A DNA stretch of 32,000 nucleotides, from the NCBI RefSeq assembly GCF_000009965.1, contig NC_006624.1:960001-992000 (forward strand). The letters run 5' to 3'. The position numbers and the translations under genes are program-made. The notes under the pieces were generated by a model, which saw only the letters and a program-made list of their open reading frames with translations, was not told the origin of the DNA and searched no databases. The DNA is from Thermococcus kodakarensis KOD1. GTDB taxonomy: Archaea > Methanobacteriota_B > Thermococci > Thermococcales > Thermococcaceae. Position 1 is the first letter of the stretch. The number at the start of each line of letters is the position of its first letter. Positions 17,711 through 26,297 of the stretch are shown piece by piece.

Positions 17711-18651
17711 TCTCTCTCCTCCAGAAGGTTTCTAAGCTCCCACGTGCCCGATTTGAAAGTTATGACATCGAAGTCTCTCGGGACTACTGCCCTAACTCCA
17801 AGGCTTTCGCATATCTTGAGGGCTTCTTCAACGTAGTCTTCATAACTGTAGCGAAAGGCCCTGTGGAACAGTGCAAGTAGCTTCACCTTAGCCCTTCTTG
17901 CAGTGTCGCAGGCCTCTTCGACGGTTGAGTGGTAGCTGTCTCCCCTGTCTCCAGGGTTCAGGTAAGTCGCCTCATGGATGAGCAGGTCTGCTCTCTCGGA
18001 AAAGAGTTTCACTCTCTCACAGGGCTCCGTGTCGCCGGTGTAAACAATCTTTAAACCTTTCCTTCTTGGCCCTGTCACGTCTTCAAGCCGGATTATCCTG
18101 CCGTTCCACTCTATTTTGCCCTCCCTCTCAAGCTTTCCAAGTATCGGGCCCTCCTCAAGCCCGTACTCCCTCAGTTTCTCCTTCAGGAACTTCCCCCTTC
18201 TGTCCTTTTCCTTGAAGACGTAGCCGAGGGCAGGAATACCGTGCTCGACCTTGAAGCTCCATATCTCGTAGTCTCCAAACTTCAGCCTCGTCTCTCCAAG
18301 CTCGTGGACGTGGATATCAAAGCCCGGCCTGAAAAAGCCGCTGTTCAAAAGGTTCTGGACAAACTGGAAGGTGTACTTCGGCCCGTAGATGTGGAGGGGC
18401 TTCTGCCTGTCCCACAGGTTCATAGTCTGGATCAACGCGGGAATTCCTAGGTAGTGGTCGCCGTGGAAGTGGGTTATGAAGATTTTATCCACCTTCATCG
18501 GGCTGAGCTTTGCCGTGTTCATCTGTCTTATCGTACCTTCTCCGGCGTCGAAGAGGATTATCTCGCCCTTGTAGCGGAGAGCTATGGCTGGGACGTTTCT
18601 TTCGCGCGTCGGCATTATGCCGCCGGTACCGAGGAAGAAGACTTCAAGCAT
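17707..18651 (-). CDS. rnz: Ribonuclease Z (tRNA 3' endonuclease)
   Basis: MLEVFFLGTGGIMPTRERNVPAIAL...IFITHFHGDHYLGIPALIQTM is the metallo-beta-lactamase HxHxDH motif in RNase Z context. TATA GGTTTTTAACC lies about 25 nt upstream, so it is probably leaderless. Confidence 0.9.
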   Translation of the reverse strand: MLEVFFLGTGGIMPTRERNVPAIALRYKGEIILFDAGEGTIRQMNTAKLSPMKVDKIFITHFHGDHYLGIPALIQTMNLWDRQKPLHIYGPKYTFQFVQNLLNSGFFRPGFDIHVHELGETRLKFGDYEIWSFKVEHGIPALGYVFKEKDRRGKFLKEKLREYGLEEGPILGKLEREGKIEWNGRIIRLEDVTGPRRKGLKIVYTGDTEPCERVKLFSERADLLIHEATYLNPGDRGDSYHSTVEEACDTARRAKVKLLALFHRAFRYSYEDYVEEALKICESLGVRAVVPRDFDVITFKSGTWELRNLLEERE

Positions 18652-18720
18652 GGTCTATAGTTTCAGCCAGGGGTTAAAAACCTAAGCCAAAGCGTTAAAT
18701 ATTCTGAGGGCTAACCAGAT

Positions 18721-19692
18721 ATGGTGAAAAACATGGAAGAGCTGATGAAAGCCATCCAGGAGAAAAACTGTGGGGAACTCAAGAGGGTTCTCTACTACAG
18801 GGTGGACGACCTGAGCGATGAACAGCTCAAAGAAGTCCTTGAAAAGGCCGAGGAGATCGCCAAGGAGTGCAACGACTGGGAGCTATACAAGCTGGTGCTC
18901 TACTACTACCACGAGATACTGGGAATCGACAAGATAAGCGAGTTCGAGAAGCTCGCAAAGGAGAAGGATGAATTCGAGCTTAAATTCCACCTTGCCGACC
19001 TGTACTACCTCATAGGAGAGCTTGAAAAGAGCCTGGAGCTGTTCAGGGGGCTTCTTGAGGAAGAGGTTGCCAAGGGTAACGTTGAGCACGCTGCAAGGAT
19101 ATACTACAGCATGGCCATGATACACGAGGAGATTCAGGAGTACGAGAAGGCCCTGGAACTCATCGAGAAGGCAGAGGAACTGTACGAGAAGATGGGGGAC
19201 GAAAGGGAGCTTCTCAGGCTCAGAATATACAAGGGCTACGTAACCTTCGAGGCAGGGGACACTTACAGGGGCAAAGCCATAATCGCAGGTGTCCTGCCGA
19301 AGATACTCGAAGACAGAGAGCTCCTCGTTGAGGCTCACCTGAGCTTTGAGGAAATCTTCGAGGAGTACGAAGATTATGAGGCGGCACTCCAGGAGTGCCT
19401 GTACGCCCTGGTCTATGGCAGGGGCACTGACTACGAAGACATAGCCTTCGGGGCGCTTATGGATGTCTTGTGGCAGCTCTTCCTCGACGACGACTTCGAG
19501 ACGGTTTACCTGAACATAGACATGTTCATAAATGCGTTCCCGGAGTGGGCAGACTTTTTCGAGGCAGTCAAGGCCCTGGCGCTCTTCAAGGACGGCAAGA
19601 TCGAAGATGAGGAAGTTAAGAAGGCCATCGAGAAAGTGAAAGACCCACGCCTCCTCGAGATGCTCGAACTGCTCGGGGAAGCCGAGCTCTGA
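18721..19692 (+). CDS. Acidic helical-repeat (TPR-like) hypothetical protein
   Basis: 323 aa, rich in Glu/Leu/Tyr, with repeated helix-turn-helix segments (...AARIYYSMAMIHEEIQEYEKALELIEKAEELYEKMGD...). The start could be 18721 or the ATG at 18733, given TATA TTAAATATT at 18695-18703. Confidence 0.55.
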   Translation: MVKNMEELMKAIQEKNCGELKRVLYYRVDDLSDEQLKEVLEKAEEIAKECNDWELYKLVLYYYHEILGIDKISEFEKLAKEKDEFELKFHLADLYYLIGELEKSLELFRGLLEEEVAKGNVEHAARIYYSMAMIHEEIQEYEKALELIEKAEELYEKMGDERELLRLRIYKGYVTFEAGDTYRGKAIIAGVLPKILEDRELLVEAHLSFEEIFEEYEDYEAALQECLYALVYGRGTDYEDIAFGALMDVLWQLFLDDDFETVYLNIDMFINAFPEWADFFEAVKALALFKDGKIEDEEVKKAIEKVKDPRLLEMLELLGEAEL

Positions 19693-19779
19693 TGTTCCAT
19701 TTTTGCCACTTAATTTTTATACTCAACTTCTTTTTGGTCCTGCGGGAAGCTCTTAAAAAACTACAGAGTAGTGAGGGGC

Positions 19780-21045
19780 ATGAAGATTCAAGGAAAGATT
19801 TGGGACTTAAGCGAGGATGGGCTGGGCATACTGAGGCGGGAAGAGAAACCCCTCTACGTTCCATTTGCATATCCTTATGATTTTGTAAAGGCCAGAAGAG
19901 TAAAACGCCGCTTTGGAAGGAGAATTGTTACGGATTTTGAACTCCTCGATCCTTCCCCACTCCGCCAGCGCCCGAGGTGCAGACACTTCGGATTCTGCGG
20001 GGGATGCCTCTGGCAGGGGTTGAAGTACAAGGAGCAGTTGCGGCTCAAAGTCGAGCTTTTTGAAAAGATCACTGGGATAAGTGCCGATATAAAGGGCTCT
20101 CCAAAAGTTTGGGGCTTCAGAAACGTTAGCAACTTCATCGTTTCAACGACAGGCATTGGACTTAAAAAGTATGGAAATCCTTTCGACGTGGAAGATCTCT
20201 TTGAGTGTCCCGTTTTCTCAGAAAAAACGCTAGATTATCTACGTGCTCTGAGAAGCTTTCTCGCCGAGACTGGCTTGAAGCCCTGGGATTTGAAGAGAAA
20301 AACTGGAGACGTTCACTACCTCCAGGTGAGGGAGGGGAAGTTCACGAGAGAGATAATGGTAAACTTGATATCCCACTCCCCTCCTTCCCCCAACACGACG
20401 GAGGCGTTCTTAGGATACTTCTCATTCGCAGATTCTCTATACTGGAGCGTCAAGACCGATAAGAGAGACGACCCAAGGGGTGAGCCCCAACTAATCGGCG
20501 GATCGCCTTACATCCACGAGAGAATTGGGGAAGTCACGTACCTTATTCATCCCAACAGCTTCTTCCAGACCAACAGCTATGCCCTTCCGCTTCTCATTAA
20601 GGCCGTCGAGAATTTTGCCTCCGGGGAGATGATTTTAGACCTGTACGCTGGAGTTGGGACGTTTGGAGTGTGGCTGGCAAAGAGAAGATTCCAGGTTGAA
20701 GGCATTGAACTCAACCCGTTCGCCGTTGAGATAGCCAATAAGAACGCCGAGATTAACAATGTTGATGCAACCTTCAAAGTTGGGAGGGCGGAGGAGACCC
20801 CGATAGGGAAGTACGACACGGTGGTCGTTGATCCCCCGAGAAAGGGGCTAAAGGAGGTAGCGGAAACCCTCGCGAGAAGTGAGATAGGAAAAGTCGTCTA
20901 CGTCTCCTGCAACCCGAAGGCCTTCAAGCTAGACTATGAGAACCACCTGAAGAAGGCATACACCATAGAGGATGCAGTATTAATAGATATGTTTCCCCAC
21001 ACGCCGCACGTTGAAGCCGTGATAAGCTTAAAAAGGAAGCATTAA
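19780..21045 (+). CDS. RumA/TrmA-family SAM-dependent RNA (uracil-5)-methyltransferase with TRAM domain and Fe-S cysteines
   Basis: Cys cluster CRHFGFCGGCLWQ, SAM motif ILDLYAGVGTFG, motif IV VVVDPPRKG and catalytic VYVSCNP. The ATG at 19780 lies about 25 nt after TATA CTTAAAAAAC, so it is probably leaderless. Whether the substrate is tRNA U54 or 23S rRNA cannot be decided from the sequence. Confidence 0.85.
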   Translation: MKIQGKIWDLSEDGLGILRREEKPLYVPFAYPYDFVKARRVKRRFGRRIVTDFELLDPSPLRQRPRCRHFGFCGGCLWQGLKYKEQLRLKVELFEKITGISADIKGSPKVWGFRNVSNFIVSTTGIGLKKYGNPFDVEDLFECPVFSEKTLDYLRALRSFLAETGLKPWDLKRKTGDVHYLQVREGKFTREIMVNLISHSPPSPNTTEAFLGYFSFADSLYWSVKTDKRDDPRGEPQLIGGSPYIHERIGEVTYLIHPNSFFQTNSYALPLLIKAVENFASGEMILDLYAGVGTFGVWLAKRRFQVEGIELNPFAVEIANKNAEINNVDATFKVGRAEETPIGKYDTVVVDPPRKGLKEVAETLARSEIGKVVYVSCNPKAFKLDYENHLKKAYTIEDAVLIDMFPHTPHVEAVISLKRKH

Positions 21046-21103
21046 TGTTCCGCTCTAACTCGGCTTTTTCCTGATATCTTGTGCTCGTCGTTGCCCAATG
21101 GAG

Positions 21104-21361
21104 TCATTTCCCAAGGGAAAGCTCCCTAGCCTTTACGACTATTGCAGTCTCAGACAGCTCAACTTCGCCCCGGGTTATTATCAGCGCCCCATCGTAGGTC
21201 GTCATGGTAAGCTTGACCTTCTTGAATCCCCCCGTTTCACCGACTATGACAAGGGGCCTCTCCTTCAGCTCCAGAAACTTCTTGAATGTTTCAGGCTCGA
21301 CGAAGACCAGGACGCCACCAGCTATAACGCGGTTTGCATCAACGGTCATCCCACGGCCCAT
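21104..21361 (-). CDS. Small hypothetical protein
   Basis: 85-88-aa ORF. SD GGGTGAG lies 4 nt before the ATG at 21361. The codon usage looks native. I recognise no family. Confidence 0.4.
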   Translation of the reverse strand: MGRGMTVDANRVIAGGVLVFVEPETFKKFLELKERPLVIVGETGGFKKVKLTMTTYDGALIITRGEVELSETAIVVKARELSLGK

Positions 21362-21450
21362 AGGTCTCACCCAAACTGAATAGTATCCCTACCCACAGAT
21401 TAGCCTTTCGGTAAGAAAGTTTTATTTACTTCGGTTCTAATTCACCACTG

Positions 21451-21636
21451 GTGGGGGAAGTGGAGAAAACTGGATATGTAGCCCTCAACCGAGAGTGGCG
21501 GGCTAAAATGGACGAGCTCAGAGCAAGAGCAAGAGCGAACCTTGATGACGTCCTCCAACGGGCTTTTGGCTCCATAAAGTCCGAGAAGTCCTGGCGCGAG
21601 CTGGAGGCTGAGCTCTATGAGGAGCTTTCTAGTTGA
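21451..21636 (+). CDS. Putative VapB-like antitoxin
   Basis: 61-aa charged helical ORF immediately upstream of the PIN gene and overlapping it by 20 nt. GTG start at 21451 or 21460, behind GGTGGGGG. Assigned by position and size only. Confidence 0.5.
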   Translation: MGEVEKTGYVALNREWRAKMDELRARARANLDDVLQRAFGSIKSEKSWRELEAELYEELSS

Positions 21637-22084
21637 TAGTAATGTGTTCATTGAAGCCCTTAAAGGCGATACTACCGCAGAAAACCTCCTCACGAAGCTG
21701 TTTCACTCAAACTGGCGGGTTTTCATAAACGACGTTGTTTTCAGCGAGGTTTTTTACCATTATCTCCGCATTAAGGTCGGCCCTTACTGGAAGGCCAAAA
21801 AGAAACCCGAACTCGTTAAATCTGCCGTGCAGGAGTTTGAGGAGGTTGTTCTACCTCTCCTTGCAATACCCGACTTTCTTGAGGTTAATTATGATGTAGC
21901 CACTATTGCCGTTAGGCTGTCTTCTGAGTACAGTCTGCTGCCTAACGATGCTCTTCTGCTTGCCACTGCAGAATACTACGGAATAGAGGCCTTAGTATCT
22001 CTTGATTCAGATTTCTCAGATGCTTGTAACAGAGAAGGCATATTACTAGTGTCATATCTAAATGAGCTGGAGGTGCAGCCATGA
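21617..22084 (+). CDS. vapC: PIN-domain ribonuclease, VapC-type toxin
   Basis: MRSFLVDSNVFIEAL... (N-terminal acidic D)...LLPNDALLLATA...LVSLDSDF is the PIN acidic quartet pattern. SD GGAGG lies 9 nt upstream. Confidence 0.85.
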   Translation: MRSFLVDSNVFIEALKGDTTAENLLTKLFHSNWRVFINDVVFSEVFYHYLRIKVGPYWKAKKKPELVKSAVQEFEEVVLPLLAIPDFLEVNYDVATIAVRLSSEYSLLPNDALLLATAEYYGIEALVSLDSDFSDACNREGILLVSYLNELEVQP

Positions 22085-22428
22085 AATCCCGCGTCGTCGA
22101 GCGCTTCAAGTTTGAGGCAGCCCATGCGGTCATCATAGATGGTCAAGCAGAGGAGATACATGGTCATACCTTCCGGCTGGAGGTCGCCGTTGAAGGCCCG
22201 CTTAAGAACGGCTATGTAATGGACTTTCTGGAGCTTCGGAGAATTGTGGAGAACATAATAAAGGAACTCGACCACAAAAACCTCAACTCCCTCTTTAAGA
22301 ACCCGACAACAGAGAACATCGCCCTCTGGATAGCAGAAGAGATTCAGGAGAAACTTCCTGGAGGAGTGCAGCTCAAGCGCATAGTCCTCTGGGAGGGCGA
22401 CGAGAACGGAGTCGAGTTTGAGTTCTAA
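22081..22428 (+). CDS. 6-pyruvoyl-tetrahydropterin / 6-carboxy-tetrahydropterin synthase family protein (COG0720, QueD/PTPS)
   Basis: FKFEAAHAV...[12 protein letters not shown]...[13 protein letters not shown]...LDHKNLN are the PTPS/QueD Zn-His motifs. The ATG overlaps the vapC stop (ATGA). The protein contains no cysteine at all. Confidence 0.85.
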   Translation: MKSRVVERFKFEAAHAVIIDGQAEEIHGHTFRLEVAVEGPLKNGYVMDFLELRRIVENIIKELDHKNLNSLFKNPTTENIALWIAEEIQEKLPGGVQLKRIVLWEGDENGVEFEF

Positions 22429-22898
22429 ACCTCATTGGCTTTTACTTCTTTAACGCTTTCAACCATTGCAATACTGTTTTTGGAGCCGTTTAAGTTTATT
22501 TTTCCTGGAATTAGCGACTTGACTGGAACTGCCTTCTCCCTTTCTTCGGTAGGCGTCCAGCTTATTAAGTCCCCTTCCTCCACCTCAAGGGTTCTTATCA
22601 GCCCAACGGGGCCTTCGATTATGTACTGGGCGGCTTTCTTCGGAGTGTAGAGACGCCACTTCTTTGCAGTCTTAAAGTCCACTACTCTCCTGGAGGAGTC
22701 AAGCCAGATAACGTCGATGTCGCTCAGCATGAAAAACATGTGGATTGAAGCGTTTGCCCGCGTTTCAGCTGGGAGGACGAAAACCAGTGCATGGTTAACG
22801 TTTTTGACCAGCATAAGCCCCCTAAACCGTTTGAGGAAGGTATCCGCGAGCTTAACTTTTCCGTGCCATGCTTTCCCCTTAGTCTCGTTGATTATCAT
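22425..22898 (-). CDS. DUF192-domain protein
   Basis: ...[28 protein letters not shown]...[23 protein letters not shown] is the DUF192 (COG1430) pattern, with an additional C-terminal tail of about 50 aa. I prefer the start at the ATG at 22898; the track start is at 22955. Confidence 0.7.
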   Translation of the reverse strand: MIINETKGKAWHGKVKLADTFLKRFRGLMLVKNVNHALVFVLPAETRANASIHMFFMLSDIDVIWLDSSRRVVDFKTAKKWRLYTPKKAAQYIIEGPVGLIRTLEVEEGDLISWTPTEEREKAVPVKSLIPGKINLNGSKNSIAMVESVKEVKANEV

Positions 22899-23002
22899 GA
22901 TGATGCGTTCAAGACCATCTTTAATAAGCCTTACCAAAAAACTTTTAAATACCAAAAGTTATTTTAACAATGGGTAAGAAAAAGTTTGAGGGGGTGATGG
23001 GA

Positions 23003-23431
23003 ATGGCCGAGGAGAAGAAGACCAGAACCCTTGAGCAGATTCAGGACGAGATTAGGAGCTACCTCGGTGAGATTGAGTACCTCAGGAGCCAGGTCGGCGT
23101 TATTGACGCTACCATAACTGACCTCAGGACGGTTGACGCGACCCTGGCCTACCTCAAGGAGAAGGGCAAGGGCAAAGAAATCTACATCCCGCTCGGAAGC
23201 GGTGTGGCAATCAGGGGTAAGATCGAGAATCCGGACGATGTCATCATGGACGTTGGAGCGGGAATACTCGTTGGGGCAACCGTTGACGAGGCCAGGGAAA
23301 ACATCGAGAAGAGGATCAAGGCCCTCATGGACCTCCGCCTGGCCCTGCTGAGGAAGATTGAGGAGGACACCAGGAAGGTCAACGAGCTCCTCAAGGAGCT
23401 CCAGGAGATGCAGCCTGAGAAGAGAGAGTGA
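23003..23431 (+). CDS. pfdA: Prefoldin alpha subunit
   Basis: MAEEKKTRTLEQIQDEIRSYLGEIEYLRSQ...IYIPLGSGVAIRGKIENPDDVIMDVGAGILV...: coiled coil, beta hairpins, coiled coil. SD GAGGGGGTGA lies before the ATG at 23003. The ATG at 22970 is a possible leaderless alternative. Confidence 0.85.
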   Translation: MAEEKKTRTLEQIQDEIRSYLGEIEYLRSQVGVIDATITDLRTVDATLAYLKEKGKGKEIYIPLGSGVAIRGKIENPDDVIMDVGAGILVGATVDEARENIEKRIKALMDLRLALLRKIEEDTRKVNELLKELQEMQPEKRE

Positions 23432-23466
23432 CTCCCATCACCCCTTTTTATTTGGAGGTGGTTTCT

Positions 23467-23766
23467 ATGGAGGCCGTTAGGGCCTACGAACTTCAGCTAG
23501 AGCTCCAGCAGATAAGAACCCTCAGGCAGAGCCTTGAGCTGAAAATGAAGGAGCTTGAATACGCCGAAGGGATAATAACTTCCCTGAAATCCGAGAGGAG
23601 AATCTACAGAGCCTTCAGCGATCTTCTGGTTGAGATAACCAGAGATGAAGCCATAGAGCACATCGAGAGGAGCAGGCTCGTCTACAAGAGAGAGATCGAG
23701 AAGCTCAAGAAAAGGGAGAAGGAAATAATGGAAGAGCTGTCAAAACTCAAAGCTCCCCTCTCTTAG
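23467..23766 (+). CDS. pfdB: Prefoldin beta subunit-like protein
   Basis: 99 aa: coiled coil, a single beta hairpin (RIYRAFSDLLVEITRDEA), coiled coil. SD GGAGGTG lies 6 nt before the ATG. It is adjacent to the alpha subunit gene. Confidence 0.75.
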   Translation: MEAVRAYELQLELQQIRTLRQSLELKMKELEYAEGIITSLKSERRIYRAFSDLLVEITRDEAIEHIERSRLVYKREIEKLKKREKEIMEELSKLKAPLS

Positions 23767-24307
23767 CCTTCTCTCCGAGTTCAAACCCTTTGTGAAGGGC
23801 CCTCAGGTTGATCTGCTCCGTCCCCTTTGGAACGGCATCGAGGACGGCCTTTTCTATCGCTTCCCTGCTCACTATCTCAGTCCAGGCAGTCAGGACGCCA
23901 AGGGCGAGGATGTTCATCGTCAGGCTCAGGCCGGTGGTCTCCTCCGCTATCTCAGTGAGCGGGAGCGCCAAAACATCGAGATTCTTCTCGAACTCAAGGT
24001 CCCTGTGCGGGACGAGGTCTTTCTCTACGATGACCTTTGCACCCTCTTTGACGGTGTGGAGATACTTGGTGTAGGCCTCCTGGGAGAAGAAGACCGCGTA
24101 GTCGGGGCTGAGGGTCTTGGGGTAGTCTATCGGCTCGTCGCTGATGACAACCTCGGCCTTGCTAGCGCCACCCCTTGATTCTGGCCCATAGGCCTGGGTC
24201 TGGACAGCGTAGAGACCCTCATAAACAGCTGCTGCCCTTCCGAGGATGACGCTCGCGAGGATGACACCCTGACCTCCAAAGCCGCTGAAGAGGACTTCCT
24301 TCCTCAT
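23747..24307 (-). CDS. korG: 2-oxoacid:ferredoxin oxidoreductase gamma subunit (set 2)
   Basis: MRKEVLFSGFGGQGVILASVILGRAA...AYGPESRGGASKAEVVISDEPI. The ATG overlaps the upstream beta stop (ATGA). Confidence 0.9.
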   Translation of the reverse strand: MRKEVLFSGFGGQGVILASVILGRAAAVYEGLYAVQTQAYGPESRGGASKAEVVISDEPIDYPKTLSPDYAVFFSQEAYTKYLHTVKEGAKVIVEKDLVPHRDLEFEKNLDVLALPLTEIAEETTGLSLTMNILALGVLTAWTEIVSREAIEKAVLDAVPKGTEQINLRALHKGFELGEKAKRGEL

Positions 24308-25152
24308 TCTTCCCACCCCATCATCTTCTTGGCCCTCTTTATGTACTCACGGTACTCCCTAACGAGCCCCGGCCTGTCCCTGTCGGCGAACTCGCCAATG
24401 ACTATCTTGCCCTCAAGCTCCTCTGGGGACATTTTCTTGGCCTTTGCCAGCGGGACGGTTATCTTCTGGTACCAGCGGATGAGCTCCGGGGCGGTCTTCA
24501 TCCTGTTCCTTCTTCCGAAGCTGATCGGACATGGCGAGAGGAACTCCACGAGCGTGAAGCCCTCCTTCTGGAGCGCCTTCTTTATGCTGTTTATGCCCTG
24601 GAGGTAGTTGAAGACCGTCCACCTGGCCACGTAGTTGGCCCCGGCAGAAACCGCGAGCTGGGCTATGTCAAACGGGTTCTCGAACTGGCCGTAGGGAGCT
24701 GTCGTCCCCTTGAGACCCTTGAGTGCCGTCGGGGCGACCTGGCCGCCGGTCATTCCGTAGGTGAAGTTGTTGATGAGGATAACGGTGACGTCGAGGTTCC
24801 TCCTTATGGCGTGGATGAGGTGGTTTCCGCCGATAGCTGCTGCGTCTCCGTCTCCCATGAAGGCTATTATCTTGAGGTCCGGGTTGGTCAGCTTTATTCC
24901 CGTTGCGAACGCTAAAGCCCTTCCGTGAGTCGTGTGAAGGCCGTCGAAGTTAACAAAACCTGGAACACGGGAGGAACAGCCGATACCGCTCACCCAGACT
25001 ATCTCGTCCTGGTTCAGGCCGAGATCGTCTATTGCCCTGAGCGTGAACTGGAGGACTGAGCCTATACCACAGCCTGGACAGAATATCGTCGGGAGCATGT
25101 CCTTTCTGAGGTACTTCTCACGTATCTCGTAAGCGGACTTCAGGTACATCAT
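24304..25152 (-). CDS. korB: 2-oxoacid:ferredoxin oxidoreductase beta subunit, TPP-binding (set 2)
   Basis: MMYLKSAYEIREKYLRKDMLPTIFCPGCGIGSV...FMGDGDAAAIGGNHLIH...NNFTYGMTGGQ. The start at 25152 overlaps the alpha stop. The track's 64-aa Arg/Gly-rich extension lies inside korA and is rejected. Confidence 0.9.
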   Translation of the reverse strand: MMYLKSAYEIREKYLRKDMLPTIFCPGCGIGSVLQFTLRAIDDLGLNQDEIVWVSGIGCSSRVPGFVNFDGLHTTHGRALAFATGIKLTNPDLKIIAFMGDGDAAAIGGNHLIHAIRRNLDVTVILINNFTYGMTGGQVAPTALKGLKGTTAPYGQFENPFDIAQLAVSAGANYVARWTVFNYLQGINSIKKALQKEGFTLVEFLSPCPISFGRRNRMKTAPELIRWYQKITVPLAKAKKMSPEELEGKIVIGEFADRDRPGLVREYREYIKRAKKMMGWEE

Positions 25153-26297
25153 CCCACCACCCTCTCGACTATCTCCATTGGAGTGTGAACCTCGCCGCCT
25201 ATCTTGCTTATCAGTTCGACCTCGGCCTTCCCATTCGCTCCTTCCTTGACGAGGTGGTAGAGCTGTCCCATGTTCATCTCTGGAACGAAGATTTTCTTCA
25301 CCTGCTCGGCCAGCTCCTCCATCATGTCGAAGTCGAAGGGCCATATCGTGTTGAGCTTGAGCAGTCCGGCCTTGATGCCCTTCTCGCGGAGGATTTTGAC
25401 GGCCCTGATGGCGGATCGGGAGACGATACCTGTAGAGACTATCGCAACATCCGCATCGTCGAGCTCAAACTTTTCATAACTGATTATGTCGTGCTTGTTG
25501 TTCTCTATCTTGCCGATGATCCTCTTTATGAGCCTCTCGTGGACTTCCGCATCAACGGTCTTCGGCCTTCCGCGCTCGTCGTGGGTCAGTCCCGTGACGT
25601 ACGTCCGGTAGCCCTTTCCGAAGATCGGCATCGGCGGAATTCCATCGCCGTGTGGATCGCCGAAGGGAAGCTTTGCTTCTTCCTCGTTCTGCGGGAGTTT
25701 GCGGTAAACGAGTTCGATATCGTCCGGGTTCGGGATGTAAACGCGCTCCCTCATGTGGGCCACTTCCGCGTCGGTGAGAAGAACAACCGGAGTCCTGTAC
25801 TTCTCGGCTAGGTTGAATGCCCTTATCGTGAAGTCGAAGGCCTCCTGGACGGTAGATGGAGAAAGCACTATGAGGGTGTGGTCGCCGTGGGTGCCCCAGA
25901 TCGACTGCATTATGTCGCCCTGGGCGGCAAGCGTTGGCTGACCCGTGCTCGGTCCACCCCTCTGGACGTCTACGACCACAATTGGAGTCTCGGTCATCAC
26001 AGCGTAGCCAATGTTCTCCTGCATGAGTGAGAACCCCGGCCCGGAAGTAGCTGTCATCGCCTTCGCTCCGGCCCAGGAGGCTCCGATGATGGCCGCTATG
26101 CTCGCTATCTCGTCCTCCATCTGTATGCTCACGCCGTCAACGAGCGGCATGTAGAGGGCCATCGCCTCGAATATCTCGCTGGCGGGTGTTATCGGGTAGC
26201 CAGCGTAGAAGCGGCATCCGGCTAAGATGGCCGCCCTCGCTATGGCCTCATCGCCTTGGATAAAGTCAGCCTTTCCAACGGGAAACGGGTATCTCAT
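25149..26297 (-). CDS. korA: 2-oxoacid:ferredoxin oxidoreductase alpha subunit (set 2)
   Basis: ...GCRFYAGYPITPASEIFEAMA...MTATSGPGFSLMQENIGYAVMTETPIVVVDVQRGGPSTGQPT... Confidence 0.9.
   Translation of the reverse strand: MRYPFPVGKADFIQGDEAIARAAILAGCRFYAGYPITPASEIFEAMALYMPLVDGVSIQMEDEIASIAAIIGASWAGAKAMTATSGPGFSLMQENIGYAVMTETPIVVVDVQRGGPSTGQPTLAAQGDIMQSIWGTHGDHTLIVLSPSTVQEAFDFTIRAFNLAEKYRTPVVLLTDAEVAHMRERVYIPNPDDIELVYRKLPQNEEEAKLPFGDPHGDGIPPMPIFGKGYRTYVTGLTHDERGRPKTVDAEVHERLIKRIIGKIENNKHDIISYEKFELDDADVAIVSTGIVSRSAIRAVKILREKGIKAGLLKLNTIWPFDFDMMEELAEQVKKIFVPEMNMGQLYHLVKEGANGKAEVELISKIGGEVHTPMEIVERVVG

Noticed and set aside
25153-25344. 64-aa N-terminal extension of korB (set 2) in the track ORF
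   Set aside because: The extension (MALRLRHDGGAGRAGEEN...) lies inside korA in another frame. The conserved beta-subunit N-terminus begins at MMYLKS, whose ATG overlaps the korA stop.
25185-25811. 208-aa plus-strand ORF
   Set aside because: It is antisense to the korA gene of set 2 and shows no independent signals.
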